NCBI GenBank assembly: GCA_045589455.1
Contig: JAZNPC010000066.1
Span: forward strand, 127,227-191,226
Direction of reading: 5' to 3'
DNA from: Kiritimatiellia bacterium
GTDB taxonomy: Bacteria; Verrucomicrobiota; Kiritimatiellia; RFP12; UBA3636
DNA: 64,000 nt
Below the pieces are notes generated by a model, which was not told the origin of the DNA, searched no databases, and saw only the letters and a program-made list of their open reading frames with translations. Position numbers and translations under genes: made by a program. Shown here piece by piece: positions 1 to 10,219 of this stretch. Numbering within the stretch: the first letter of the stretch is position 1; every line of letters begins with the position of its first letter.

Positions 1-105
1 CCAGAAATAGTAAATCGGATTACTGAGGCAGGTGGAAAATATAAGGTCGGTCATCCACGTATTCCTTTAGAGGAATACTTTCTTAAAACGCTTAAAAAAA
101 AGTAA
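1..105 (+). CDS. 3' end of a CDS truncated by the window start; C-terminal tail resembles an ABC transporter ATP-binding protein (...PRIPLEEYFLKTLKKK*).
   Basis: The open frame runs from position 1 to a TAA stop at 103-105. The C-terminal 'LEEYFLK' resembles the ends of ABC ATPases. The next gene downstream is a polytopic membrane protein. Confidence 0.35.
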   Translation, partial: PEIVNRITEAGGKYKVGHPRIPLEEYFLKTLKKK

Positions 106-124
106 ATAATTAAAGAGCATTTAA

Positions 125-1492
125 ATGAAAACATCAATTTTTGCAATAACAAAATTGGCAATCAAGCAATGCTTTAAGACTTGCTTTGTATGGATATTGC
201 TTGCTTTTTCCATTTTGTGTATAGCTGGCGCTATGGGCAAGGGCTCAAATCCTGATATGGTACGCCAAATAGCGTTTTGTTGGCTTCCTACAGGAATACT
301 CACGATATTTGTAGTAGGTGTCCTTTGGATGGGTTGTAGTTCAATTGCCAATGATATAGAAGAAAATAGATTTATTGGAACTGCAGTTGCACCAGTAAGG
401 AAGGGTGTTGTATGGCTTGGTCGCTGGTTAGGATTAATGCTTTCAACAGCCCTTATTTTGGGCGTTGTTTTTGTGCTTATTGGTATAAATGGATTGTATT
501 CTTGTGGTTTAGAACGACCTCGAGAACAACTAGTATTACTGCCAGAAGCTAAGGAACAAACTATTCACGAGATTCATCAGCATTTACTTGCTGAAGAGTC
601 AAAAGCCGCTGGTGGAGAATTCGTCCAAACACCAGAGCAAAGTGAAAGAACAATTAATGAATTGCGTAAAAGATTGGAAAGCCAATATTTCCCATTGCCA
701 GTAGCTTCCTCTCGAGTATGGGATTATTCTTTGAATGGGTTTGATTTTGATGAAGGAGAAACAATTTTTCTCGAGATATCATTTCTCACGAGCTACGGAA
801 CTACTGGTGGAGCTAATGGGTTAGTAAAAGTCTACGGAATACCTAAAGAAAAAAACGCTTCGGTTGTGCATTTATATGATTATCCAACAACAAATGATGT
901 CCATGGAAAAACATTTTTCAATATTCCTACAGAGCATATGGGTGATATGTCTGCGCTACGTATAGTTTTTGAGAATGCTTCAGCGGAGGCGGGTGGAGCT
1001 ACTGTTTTTATTAACTATGGAGAATCTCTTTTGGCTTTTGCACCAAAAGGAACCTTTGGAATTAATTTACTTTATGCATATTTAATGAGCTTAGGTCTTC
1101 TTTCAATAGTAGCAGGAATAGGTGTTACATCAGGTATGCAATTTTCATTTCCGGTTGCGATTTTTAGTGCATTTGTTTTGATGCTTATGGTTGTCATAGC
1201 TAGTGGTGATACAATAGCAAGCTATAGTTATTATTCTGGTCATTCTCATGGGGAAAAACAAGAGCCAAGTGTTGTTACAGAGATTATAGCAGCAAATGCG
1301 AAGATAATATCAAAGGGTGTGCATTATACAACAGAATCATATCTAGAAGAGGAGCCTTTTGCAAAATGGGGTAGAAACCTTTTGATTCACGATAAGAATG
1401 TTTTTGAATGGGTTTTTGTGTCATTTGTAATATTGCCATTTATTTTTTGCTTGGTGGGAAGCTCGACATTGTCGCATAAAGAATTTAAATAA
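125..1492 (+). CDS. Polytopic membrane protein, possibly an ABC-2-type permease partner of the upstream ATPase.
   Basis: ATG-initiated 455-aa ORF. It has several hydrophobic helices at the N- and C-termini and a large central hydrophilic loop. It lies directly downstream of the ABC-ATPase-like tail. Confidence 0.5.
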   Translation: MKTSIFAITKLAIKQCFKTCFVWILLAFSILCIAGAMGKGSNPDMVRQIAFCWLPTGILTIFVVGVLWMGCSSIANDIEENRFIGTAVAPVRKGVVWLGRWLGLMLSTALILGVVFVLIGINGLYSCGLERPREQLVLLPEAKEQTIHEIHQHLLAEESKAAGGEFVQTPEQSERTINELRKRLESQYFPLPVASSRVWDYSLNGFDFDEGETIFLEISFLTSYGTTGGANGLVKVYGIPKEKNASVVHLYDYPTTNDVHGKTFFNIPTEHMGDMSALRIVFENASAEAGGATVFINYGESLLAFAPKGTFGINLLYAYLMSLGLLSIVAGIGVTSGMQFSFPVAIFSAFVLMLMVVIASGDTIASYSYYSGHSHGEKQEPSVVTEIIAANAKIISKGVHYTTESYLEEEPFAKWGRNLLIHDKNVFEWVFVSFVILPFIFCLVGSSTLSHKEFK

Positions 1493-1504
1493 TAAGGTTA
1501 AAAA

Positions 1505-1936
1505 ATGAAGCTATTGATTAAAAAGCTTAGTGAAGAAGCAACCTTGCCACAATATGCACATCCAGAGGATGCTGGTATGGATTTGTATTCAATTGAGGCG
1601 CAAACTATTCAGCCAGGAGAGACGGCTCTCGTTCGCACAGGCATTGCAATTGCGTTACCTCCTAATACTGAGGCACAGGTGCGACCTAGGAGCGGACTTG
1701 CAGCAAAAAATAGCATAACAGTATTAAATACACCAGGAACAGTAGATGAAGGCTATCGAGGGGAAATTAAGGTTATAATGATTAACCTTGGTAAGGCACC
1801 CTTCGTAATAGAGCCCAAAATGCGAATAGCGCAGATGGTAATTTGTCCAGTTCTTCATCCTGAGATTATCTCGGTAGATGAATTAGATGAAACAGCTCGT
1901 GGTGTAGGTGGTTTTGGTTCTACAGGAGTTATTTAG
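1505..1936 (+). CDS. dut: dUTP diphosphatase (dUTPase).
   Basis: 143 aa containing the conserved dUTPase motifs ([38 protein letters not shown]). The start is 12 nt after the stop of the preceding gene. Confidence 0.92.
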   Translation: MKLLIKKLSEEATLPQYAHPEDAGMDLYSIEAQTIQPGETALVRTGIAIALPPNTEAQVRPRSGLAAKNSITVLNTPGTVDEGYRGEIKVIMINLGKAPFVIEPKMRIAQMVICPVLHPEIISVDELDETARGVGGFGSTGVI

Positions 1937-2036
1937 TAATCTTGCTAAATTTTTTCAAATAAAATGTAAGAAAATTGATTTTAGTTCCGTATTAAATTAC
2001 GGAGATATTGTTTTCAGTCGTTTATTAGGGGAAAAA

Positions 2037-2648
2037 ATGCAATTAGAATGTCCATATTGTGATACCTTGCTAGAAGTAGAAGAAGAGATGGCAGGCATGA
2101 ATGTTGAATGCCCAATTTGTAGTAAAATATTTCTTGTGCCAGCAGAGGCTAGAGTTGTGCCTGCACAGGAAAACGTTGTACCATCAGTCACACCACAAAA
2201 CAATAATCAAGAAGATTTGACATCAAAATCTCGTGCGACAAGGACTGATTATTGGTGTATAACAATAGTTCTTTTAGTTTGGAGTTATTTTTTTAACCCA
2301 TTAGATTATGATTCTATATTACCATTATTATTATTTGCTGGATGTAAAGGTTATTGGTATACAGTATTCTATGGAAGATTAAAAGATATCAATATTTCTG
2401 AAGAAGGATTTGATCTGTTTTGGGATAAACTATTTTTTATTAGTATATTAGGCGAAATTTTTACGTATGTTTATATTCTTACAGGTGAATACATTGATCC
2501 AGCGAAATTTAAAGGAAAGGCACTGCTATTAATTTGCATAGCATATTATGCCCCTTGGGTTTGCATGGCATTGTCGTTTATAGTTGGCTTTATTGATGGA
2601 ACTGTAGGGAGAAATAGATATGGCGCAGATCCAAGAAAAAGAAAATAG
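2037..2648 (+). CDS. Zinc-ribbon plus DUF805-type inner-membrane protein.
   Basis: The N-terminus has CPYC...CPIC (MJ0042-type zinc ribbon). The C-terminal half has hydrophobic helices and the DUF805-like ending GRNRYGADP. ATG at 2037 is preceded by AGGGG; the longer ORF from 1908 overlaps dut and is unlikely. Confidence 0.6.
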   Translation: MQLECPYCDTLLEVEEEMAGMNVECPICSKIFLVPAEARVVPAQENVVPSVTPQNNNQEDLTSKSRATRTDYWCITIVLLVWSYFFNPLDYDSILPLLLFAGCKGYWYTVFYGRLKDINISEEGFDLFWDKLFFISILGEIFTYVYILTGEYIDPAKFKGKALLLICIAYYAPWVCMALSFIVGFIDGTVGRNRYGADPRKRK

Positions 2649-2688
2649 TTATTGATATCCTACAAAATAATATATAGATACTTCAATT

Positions 2689-2724
2689 ACCTAGAAAGCA
2701 TTCTGCTTCTAGGTAATTTTTTTA
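2689..2724 (+). terminator. Rho-independent terminator after the DUF805 gene.
   Basis: Hairpin acctagaaagcattctgcttctaggt followed by aattttttt. Confidence 0.5.
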
Positions 2725-3157
2725 TAAATAGGTTTAATCCTTATTTCGGTATAAAATAGCTGAAATAAGTTTTTTTTCAAAATTTGTATAAAAACAACTT
2801 TTTGTTCCGTATTAATTTAGTAGGTCGTATTGACTATTTAAAAAAAAATTTAATCTAAATGATAAAATTCTAGAATTTGGAGATGTTATGGGAAGAATGA
2901 GTGGAATTAAGAGCTCTGATTAGAGAAATAATAGATTTTTTTATGTAATATAATGTATTCTATTCTTCGTTGTTCGTTAAATAGAAAATATTGATGTCTA
3001 ATAAAGCATCAATTTTACATTTAGTCAATAATTTGACATTGAATGCGAAAATGGTTTTGGATATAATTTTTCTAAAATAATATATAAAGATATTAGTGTA
3101 AAATTTTTCATACCATTGCTAAAAATAATTTTATAACAACTTAATAATTAAAGATTC

Positions 3158-3778
3158 ATGCGTTACTATACATACAAGAGCGATATAACTAGATCAAGCG
3201 TAATGGATGGCGTAAAAGAGGGCACTGAAGCTGCGTGGAGTAGATTTTTTGATTTATATGCTGGCTTTATCTTTGGAATTGCTCGCTCAAAAGGCTTACT
3301 AGAGCAAGAGGCCAATGATGTTGTTCAAAATGTAATGGTAGATGTTATTCATCATTTTGAAAATGGCTTTGTATATGATCGAAAAAAAGGAAATTTTAGA
3401 GCGTGGTTGGGAAATCTCGTTGGTTGGCGTGTAAATGATATTTTGCGCCAGCGTAGTCATATTAGCAATGGTCAAAGAGTGTCCTTTACTCCAATAGATG
3501 AGGTGGATATTTCCCATAATCCAGAATTGGATTCTATCATCGATGAGGAATGGCGTGCTGTTACAATAGGGAGAGCATTAAAGATATTACGAGAAGAGGT
3601 TTCACCGGAGCATTTTCAAATTTTTCACGCTCTTGAAATTGAAGAATGGCCAACAGATAAGGTCTGCCAAACCTTTGGAGCTACGAAAAGTAATGTTTAT
3701 CAGATTCGTAGGCGATTAAGAGAAAAATTTGAAGCAATTTTAAAACGAGAAATAGATAATGACGGATTGCAATCTTAG
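3158..3778 (+). CDS. ECF-type RNA polymerase sigma-70 family factor.
   Basis: Sigma-70 region 2-like (FDLYAGFIFGIARS...) and region 4 HTH-like (EEWPTDKVCQTFGATKSNVYQIRRRLREKF). The alternative start M16 (3203) cannot be excluded. The gene overlaps the downstream kinase by 20 nt. Confidence 0.8.
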   Translation: MRYYTYKSDITRSSVMDGVKEGTEAAWSRFFDLYAGFIFGIARSKGLLEQEANDVVQNVMVDVIHHFENGFVYDRKKGNFRAWLGNLVGWRVNDILRQRSHISNGQRVSFTPIDEVDISHNPELDSIIDEEWRAVTIGRALKILREEVSPEHFQIFHALEIEEWPTDKVCQTFGATKSNVYQIRRRLREKFEAILKREIDNDGLQS

Positions 3779-4916
3779 CAAATATAGTTTCCTTAAGGAG
3801 ATTGGGTCTGGTGCATATGGTAGTGTTTGGCTTGCAAAATCATCAGATGATACTTTTTGCGCAGTAAAAATAGTTAACAAAACATCTATTGGTGATGCTG
3901 CATATGCAAGAGAAATGCGCGGAGTTTCAACATATGGTAGGCTTCCTTGGCATAAGGGTCTTATACCAGTATATGATTTTTGGGAGAATAAAGAAAAAAC
4001 CAAATTCTATAGCGTCATGGCTTTAGCTGATGATGAAAAGACAGGGCGCGAAATTAATCCCGAAACATATCGTCCAAAGACACTTTCTTCAATAATCTCT
4101 AGCCGTGTAGCATTGCCAATGGATGAATGTATTTCAATGGCACGTCTATTGCTGAATGGCCTAGAATATCTTCAAAATAACCATCTAATACATAGAGATA
4201 TTAAGCCAAGTAATGTCCTCATTATAAATGAAGAACCAGTTCTAACAGATTTTGGCTTAGCTATCGATTATAGAGAAGCAAATTCGATCGTTGGAACACC
4301 GGGATATGTACCACCAGAAAACCATGGAAGCGTACAAGGAGATATTTTTAGTCTTGGTAAGCTTTTTTATTCTATAAGCACGGGGCGTTCTGTTGATGAA
4401 TTTGGCTATGCTCCAAGAGCAGAAGCAGATATTTCTTCTCCATTATTTCCAGCTTGGATGAAGATTATTAATAAAGCATGTGCACCCCGTTTGGCGGATA
4501 GATATTTTTCTTCACGAGCCGTACTTGAAGATATTGAGAATATGCTTAAGAGACCACGTAAAAAGAAGCGATTTGTTGTTCTCTATATATGCTTTTTCAT
4601 TGCCTTAATGGCTGCCTTATTCTTTTTTCTCAACAACTTGTTTTTTAATAACATAGATCAAGCACAACCCTCTAATATAAATAAGGCAGAAATAGGGGAA
4701 GGTCAAAATAACGTAGGAGTGCCTGAAAACGTTACTGATGATGAAGCCCATGCTCAACAGGTAGAGCAAGCTAAAGAGACTCTGCGACATTCGGTTGATA
4801 ATCTTTCTCAAGCAATAGAAGAGCAGGTTTTAAGAAATGAAGCAGTTCGAGAAAAAATAGAAGAAAAAACCGAACAAGCGATAGAAGACTTTCATGAATC
4901 AGTAGGCATAGAATAA
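3759..4916 (+). CDS. Membrane-anchored Ser/Thr protein kinase (Hanks-type).
   Basis: Kinase motifs GSGAYGSVW, VAVK-like AVKIV, HRDIKPSNVLI, DFGLA and GTPGYVPPE. One TM helix (FVVLYICFFIALMAALFFFL) is followed by a ~95-aa coiled-coil-like tail. Confidence 0.88.
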   Translation: MTDCNLSKYSFLKEIGSGAYGSVWLAKSSDDTFCAVKIVNKTSIGDAAYAREMRGVSTYGRLPWHKGLIPVYDFWENKEKTKFYSVMALADDEKTGREINPETYRPKTLSSIISSRVALPMDECISMARLLLNGLEYLQNNHLIHRDIKPSNVLIINEEPVLTDFGLAIDYREANSIVGTPGYVPPENHGSVQGDIFSLGKLFYSISTGRSVDEFGYAPRAEADISSPLFPAWMKIINKACAPRLADRYFSSRAVLEDIENMLKRPRKKKRFVVLYICFFIALMAALFFFLNNLFFNNIDQAQPSNINKAEIGEGQNNVGVPENVTDDEAHAQQVEQAKETLRHSVDNLSQAIEEQVLRNEAVREKIEEKTEQAIEDFHESVGIE

Positions 4917-4954
4917 TCCTAATTTAGACAGTTACATGCAAATTTAGGATAGGC
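4914..4954. terminator. Imperfect hairpin in the convergent gap between the kinase gene and priA; possible bidirectional terminator.
   Basis: atcctaatttagacagttacatgcaaatttaggat inverted repeat. Confidence 0.3.
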
Positions 4955-5044
4955 AATGGGAAATAGAAAACAACGTATAGTTTAGGCTTATGAGTTTTGC
5001 TTGTACTCAATAGCGGCATAAAATTTAGCTGTCGTTTTACCCAA

Positions 5045-7282
5045 CTACATCGTATTCATTGCATCAATATCAATTGCAATTCCGACATCGCTTGGTGGAG
5101 GTAGAACACGCTGGGCCTCCTTTAAATAAGCAAGCACAAGATTTGTCTTGTTTGTAAATATCGATATTTGGTGTCGCCAATATTTTTTGATTCGCTCCAG
5201 TGGTGCTGGTGCAGGACCCAATACGCGAAAGCGATTGTTTGCAATCGCTTCTAATTGGCTGGCTAGTTTTTCTGCATAATTGCATACTGCTTCATTTGAC
5301 TCTGACCGTAGTGTGATGCAAATAAATTTTGAATAAGGAGGGTAGTCTAATTCCTTACGATCATCCAATTCCTGACAAGCAAAGGCATCAAAATTTTCTG
5401 TTGCTGCAAATTTAATTGCTGGTGCTTCAGGTGTTTGTGTTTGCACATAAACATCGCCTGGCAATAGCCCGCGGCCAGTACGCCCAGCCATTTGTGCAAT
5501 TAATTGGAAGGTGCGTTCTCCTGCTCTAAAATCTGGTATGTGTAGAGCACTGTCAGCATTCAAAATTCCAGCTAATGATACATTAGGGAAATCTAGCCCC
5601 TTGGTTATCATTTGTGTGCCAATAAGAATATCAATTTCTCGTGCACGAAAACGGGCAAGAATTTCCTCGTGACTATATTTGCGAGAAGTAATATCAGCAT
5701 CCATACGCTGTATTTTTGCATTAGGGAAAAGCTTTTGCGCAATTTTTTCAATTCTTTGTGTGCCGATGCCAGTGAAGCGATAATTTTCATTGCCACATTG
5801 AGGGCATACACTTGGGCAGCTGCGTTCAATACCACAAAGGTGGCAGCGTAACCGATTGTCATCGATGTGATAGGTCATACCTGTGGCACAATCTTCGCAT
5901 TCCTCTGTGTGACCACATGCAGGACATGTAACATGCGGTGCATAGCCACGGCGATTTAAAAATAGCATCACCTGTTCACCGGTTCTAAGCCTTCGTTGAA
6001 TTGCATCAATTAAATCCTTTGAAAACACAGGTGGCGCTGCTTTACCCATCGACTCCAAACGCATATCAATAATAATTGTATTTGGCTTACTCATCTGCTT
6101 TGAAGCGCGATTTGGCATGCTCGCAATAATGTATTTCCCATTCTTCGCATTGTGCCAGCTTTCTAGTGAAGGAGTGGCAGAGCCAAGAATTGTGGCAGCG
6201 TGTTCGTAGCTCGCGCGCATTACTGCAATATCACGCGCATTATAACGGGGAGCCTCCTCTTGCTTGTAGCTTGGCTCATGCTCTTCATCTACGATGATTA
6301 ACCCTAGATTGTGTACAGGTGCAAATACTGCAGAGCGAGGTCCTACAACTACGCGAGCCTCACCAGTATAAATGCGATGCCATTCATCATGTCTTTCTCC
6401 ATCAGAAAGCTTACTATGCAAAACCGCAGTTATTTTTCCGAAGCGTGAAGCAAAGCGTTGAATTGTTTGTGGAGTAAGAGAAATTTCTGGAACAAGAACG
6501 ATTGCAGATTTTCCTGCTGCTAATACTTCCGCAATCGCTTGTAAGAATACCTCTGTCTTGCCACTTGCAGTTACACCAAAAAGGAGAATTGGCTTTGGAG
6601 GTTGTTCTTCTAAATTACAAGCTTGATTAATTGCTTCACAAATTATTTTCTTTGCATTGGCTTGCTCTTCTGTTAGTGGAAGTGGCTTACTTGGAAGAAA
6701 GTTTTTTCCAGCAAGAGGATCACGGCGCTCTGTTTTTTCAAATATTTTAACTAAGCCTCTTTCTTCGAGCTTGCGTAGAGTTGCAGGAGTTGTTTTTTGC
6801 TCATTAGCAAATGCACTAAGAGGAATTGCTCCCTCATTAAATAGAGCAGACAAAAGGGAGTGCTGGCGTTCTGTAAGCTTTAAATCAACTCGTTCGGTGA
6901 GCTCATCTTCATCTTCAATAAGAGCTTCAATGTATAGCCTGCTTTGAAAACCATCGCCTTTATTTGTATTTCGTATTGGAGCGGGAATAACAGCCTTAAG
7001 ACAAAGCTCAATTGGTGCCATATAGTAGGATGCCATCCAGCTTACTAGCTTAAGGATATGCTTAGACATCCAAGGTCTATCCCCGATGACTTCCTTTATT
7101 TCGCGTAGCTTGCCATCGTATTCTGTTGTTTTTGTTGTTGCTAGAACATATCCTTCAAGTGTTCTCTTGCCAAATGGAACAACAACTCGAGACCCCGCCA
7201 TTACTTTGTCTTCAAATTCTGGCGGAATAATATAATCAAACGTTTTGTCTAATGCGGCATCAGTAGCAACCTTCGCAAACAT
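5045..7282 (-). CDS. priA: Primosomal protein N' (replication restart helicase PriA).
   Basis: 745 aa with Walker A (GVTASGKT) and DEEH motifs. It has the PriA-type Cys-rich zinc-binding insert (CPACGHTEECEDCATG...CHLCG...CPQCG) and a C-terminal helicase domain. Confidence 0.92.
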   Translation of the reverse strand: MFAKVATDAALDKTFDYIIPPEFEDKVMAGSRVVVPFGKRTLEGYVLATTKTTEYDGKLREIKEVIGDRPWMSKHILKLVSWMASYYMAPIELCLKAVIPAPIRNTNKGDGFQSRLYIEALIEDEDELTERVDLKLTERQHSLLSALFNEGAIPLSAFANEQKTTPATLRKLEERGLVKIFEKTERRDPLAGKNFLPSKPLPLTEEQANAKKIICEAINQACNLEEQPPKPILLFGVTASGKTEVFLQAIAEVLAAGKSAIVLVPEISLTPQTIQRFASRFGKITAVLHSKLSDGERHDEWHRIYTGEARVVVGPRSAVFAPVHNLGLIIVDEEHEPSYKQEEAPRYNARDIAVMRASYEHAATILGSATPSLESWHNAKNGKYIIASMPNRASKQMSKPNTIIIDMRLESMGKAAPPVFSKDLIDAIQRRLRTGEQVMLFLNRRGYAPHVTCPACGHTEECEDCATGMTYHIDDNRLRCHLCGIERSCPSVCPQCGNENYRFTGIGTQRIEKIAQKLFPNAKIQRMDADITSRKYSHEEILARFRAREIDILIGTQMITKGLDFPNVSLAGILNADSALHIPDFRAGERTFQLIAQMAGRTGRGLLPGDVYVQTQTPEAPAIKFAATENFDAFACQELDDRKELDYPPYSKFICITLRSESNEAVCNYAEKLASQLEAIANNRFRVLGPAPAPLERIKKYWRHQISIFTNKTNLVLAYLKEAQRVLPPPSDVGIAIDIDAMNTM

Positions 7283-7358
7283 TTAAATATACTCCAACAG
7301 CAAAGAAAAGTAGACCATTATTGCACAACAAATATATAGCGCAAAAACCAAGGCAATG

Positions 7359-8816
7359 TTAACCTTGCTGATCCTCTATGCTTGAATTAGGATTAAATGG
7401 TTCATCTGAACGAGATCCATAAACGCGATTACTGAAGCGAGTAAATGAGTCCTCAAAGTTTAACTCTACTTCTCCAGTCGGACCATTACGATTCTTTGCT
7501 ACATCAACGATTGCAAGAGTCTTATCATCAGAATGCTCAGAGCCCTCATACTTACATGGACGGCGAAGCATCATTACAACGTCAGCATCCTGCTCAATCG
7601 CACCAGAGTCACGTAGGTCAGATAGCTTTGGCTTACCGCTCTTATCACGCTGCTCTGGGCTACGTGATAGCTGAGATAGCACGATTACAGGAACATTAAG
7701 CTCCTTGGCCATTGCCTTGATCTGAGAAGAAATGTGAGAGGTTTCTAGCTGACGGCCTTGATGTGAATATGCTTTGCTGTTGAGTAGCTGCAAGTAGTCA
7801 ATCATAATTAACTTTACACCAAAACGCTTGTGCATGCGGCGAGCGCGAGCACGCATTTCCATTACGTCTAAGCCACCAGTATCATCAACATAAATAGGAA
7901 GCTGACTTAAATCATCTGCAGCACGCATTAAGCGCTTGGTCATAACCTGCTTGTCACCAGTTCCCTTCATAATGCTTACAGCAGGAACGCCAGCAGCAGA
8001 GCAGAGCATACGTGTGATAAGTGCCTCTGTTGACATTTCACATGAGAAAATTAAAACAGGATTTGGCTCTGTATGTGTGCCACTTGTTGTTCTTCCTGCA
8101 GCAACATTCTCACAAATATTCATTGCAAGAGATGTCTTACCCATAGAAGGTCGTGCAGCAAGCACAATCATCTCTGTTGGGCGTAAGCCTTGCATGCGGT
8201 TGTCTAGGTCTGTTAATCCTGTAGATAAACCATTCAAGCCATCCGTATGACTCATTAATGAATTTAAATGATCAAATGTTGTCGCTACAGATGATGCCCA
8301 AGTAGGCGCCTTATACTTTTGCTTTTCTGAAATAGAGAGAACAGCTTGCTCTGTTTCGCTTAAAATCAAGTCTGTGCTACGATCGCGTGCATAACACTTT
8401 GTTTCTGCAGATAATGCCACGTCAATGATACGACGTAATAATTCGTTGTCATGTAATATTTCTACATAGTGTGCTGCATATCCAACAGACATAGTGCGTT
8501 CTGCAAGGTGCTCAAGTGTGGCAATGCCACCAATTTCATCAAGCTTACCCATGCGCTGTAGCTCGTCAGAAATAGATACTGGGTCAACCGGCAACCCCTT
8601 GTTATAAAGATCACGTGCAGTTGCAAAAATTATTTTATGAGAATGAATGTAGAAGCTATCCTCAGATATGTCTTCATTAGAGCATAAATCAAGGGTTCTT
8701 TCTGGATCTATAAGAATTGCACCAAGAATTGCGCCCTCTGCTTCAGGATTGTATGGCTGAATCTTTTGTGGCTGCTCTGACTCTATATAGTCTGTTCGTT
8801 TCCGTTTTGGTGGCAT
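7359..8816 (-). CDS. dnaB: Replicative DNA helicase DnaB.
   Basis: 485 aa with the N-terminal DnaB domain (NPEAEGAILGAILIDPE) and the RecA-like core with Walker A (ARPSMGKTSLAMN). Confidence 0.92.
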   Translation of the reverse strand: MPPKRKRTDYIESEQPQKIQPYNPEAEGAILGAILIDPERTLDLCSNEDISEDSFYIHSHKIIFATARDLYNKGLPVDPVSISDELQRMGKLDEIGGIATLEHLAERTMSVGYAAHYVEILHDNELLRRIIDVALSAETKCYARDRSTDLILSETEQAVLSISEKQKYKAPTWASSVATTFDHLNSLMSHTDGLNGLSTGLTDLDNRMQGLRPTEMIVLAARPSMGKTSLAMNICENVAAGRTTSGTHTEPNPVLIFSCEMSTEALITRMLCSAAGVPAVSIMKGTGDKQVMTKRLMRAADDLSQLPIYVDDTGGLDVMEMRARARRMHKRFGVKLIMIDYLQLLNSKAYSHQGRQLETSHISSQIKAMAKELNVPVIVLSQLSRSPEQRDKSGKPKLSDLRDSGAIEQDADVVMMLRRPCKYEGSEHSDDKTLAIVDVAKNRNGPTGEVELNFEDSFTRFSNRVYGSRSDEPFNPNSSIEDQQG

Positions 8817-8867
8817 AAATTGTCTCGTAAATTTATTGTTTTTAAGTACTTAAAAAAACAAGGTGTC

Positions 8868-9857
8868 TTATTTGATTACAATGTTCAAATTTGTTTCCAA
8901 ATTTATATCACGTTTTGCACCTAATTTTAAAGCAAGAGTATAACTCATAATTGCTGCGTCTCTATAGGTTGCAGGATCCATCATCAAAAGAAGATAAGCA
9001 TAATTTACGCGAGCCTCTGCATAATCTGGATATTCTTCTATAATTTTATCTAACTGAAGCATCGCTTCCATGGGCTTCCCTTCTGCAATAGCTAAGGCAG
9101 CAGCCAAGCTACGCACAGAAGGATTATTTGGTTCCAATTCCTTTAGTTTGTTAAGCTCGGATTTTGCTAGTGCTCTATTACCCACAGAAATTAGTGCTTT
9201 AACATATAGGCAGCGTATGGAAATATCTGTCTTATCTCCCTCAATTTCAACGAGTTCGTCTATATAAAGAATAGCATCAGTTGTATATCCGTTTTTAAGC
9301 ATGCTAGTTATAAGTTGAATTCTCTTCTCATTATTTGCTCCAGCAAGAGGATTATTTGGAGAAAATGCGATGCTATACGAATCTTCTGTAGAGTCATCCT
9401 CATTATCTTGTTGAGAGGATGTTTTTTTTACAACAGTTCCTTCTGAGTTAGGCATACCAATATTGATAGGGGCATTGTTACCTGTGGAACCTGCTCCTGC
9501 GAGAACTTCATCTGGAGATGGTACAGATATTTCACCAGACACTATGCCATCTTTAATGATTTTCATTTGATGTTTACATAAGCCCAATCTATCGTTTATA
9601 TGCTCTGATTCAAAACCTGGATATGTATTTTTAATAGATGAATATTGGCTGTGGGCATTAGAAAAAAGAGCCATAGCATCATTTGCTCGGCCTTCTTCAC
9701 AGGCAACAATAGCAGACTCATAGGTATTGTCTGCTTCCTCAAGAGCATCATCCTTTTCGCTGCCAAATAAAGACCAAGCATTAGCTTCGCTAGGCATTGC
9801 AATAAAAGAGATAAATGTAGCGAAGAATAGGATGCGTTTTAAAAAAATGGTTTTCAT
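8868..9857 (-). CDS. Secreted TPR-repeat protein.
   Basis: A signal peptide (MKTIFLKRILFFATFISFIAMPSEANA) from the ATG at 9857 is preceded by AAGGA. TPR-like helical repeats run through the C-terminal half. The longer ORF to 9938 lacks a ribosome-binding site. Confidence 0.7.
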   Translation of the reverse strand: MKTIFLKRILFFATFISFIAMPSEANAWSLFGSEKDDALEEADNTYESAIVACEEGRANDAMALFSNAHSQYSSIKNTYPGFESEHINDRLGLCKHQMKIIKDGIVSGEISVPSPDEVLAGAGSTGNNAPINIGMPNSEGTVVKKTSSQQDNEDDSTEDSYSIAFSPNNPLAGANNEKRIQLITSMLKNGYTTDAILYIDELVEIEGDKTDISIRCLYVKALISVGNRALAKSELNKLKELEPNNPSVRSLAAALAIAEGKPMEAMLQLDKIIEEYPDYAEARVNYAYLLLMMDPATYRDAAIMSYTLALKLGAKRDINLETNLNIVIK

Positions 9858-10044
9858 ATGTAATCCTTTGTTTCTGTATCTGCGGAATATTCTAACATAA
9901 GAAGAAAAAAGTCGCAAGACTTGAAAAAATTCTTCCATAATAGAATAATGTTAATTGATAGTTGTATAAAATATAAGTTTTTTGCTAATAAATGGCGATT
10001 TTAAAGGTAAAAGTGTTTATAATTAAAAAATAATTTTTAAGTGT

Positions 10045-10073
10045 TGACTTGCCAGTCGCGGTTGTGGTAGAAT
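10045..10073 (+). promoter_or_regulatory. Sigma-70-type promoter for tRNA-Phe.
   Basis: TTGACT, a 17-nt spacer containing TG at -15/-14, then TAGAAT. It lies about 35 nt upstream of the tRNA 5' end. Confidence 0.55.
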
Positions 10074-10107
10074 ATGCGCATTCTTTTGACATAAAAGAAG
10101 TTTAAGT

Positions 10108-10183
10108 GGCGAGATAGCTCAGTTGGTAGAGCAGGGGACTGAAAATCCCCGTGTCGGGGGTCCGATTCCCTCTCTCGCCACCA
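10108..10183 (+). tRNA. tRNA-Phe (anticodon GAA), with encoded CCA.
   Basis: 76-nt cloverleaf with acceptor GGCGAGA/TCTCGCC, D-arm AGCTCAGTTGGTAGAGC, anticodon loop CTGAAAA and T-arm GGGGGTCCGATTCCC, ending ACCA. Confidence 0.9.
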
Positions 10184-10193
10184 TTTTTGTTTT

Positions 10194-10219
10194 AAGGCCA
10201 GTCGTTTGACTGGTTTTTT
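10194..10219 (+). terminator. Rho-independent terminator after tRNA-Phe.
   Basis: aaggccagtcgtttgactggtt followed by ttttgttttt. Confidence 0.6.

Noticed and set aside
1908-2036. Upstream extension of the DUF805 ORF starting at 1908
   Set aside because: It overlaps the 3' end of dut in another frame. ATG at 2037 with an AGGGG ribosome-binding site and a zinc-ribbon N-terminus is the sensible start.
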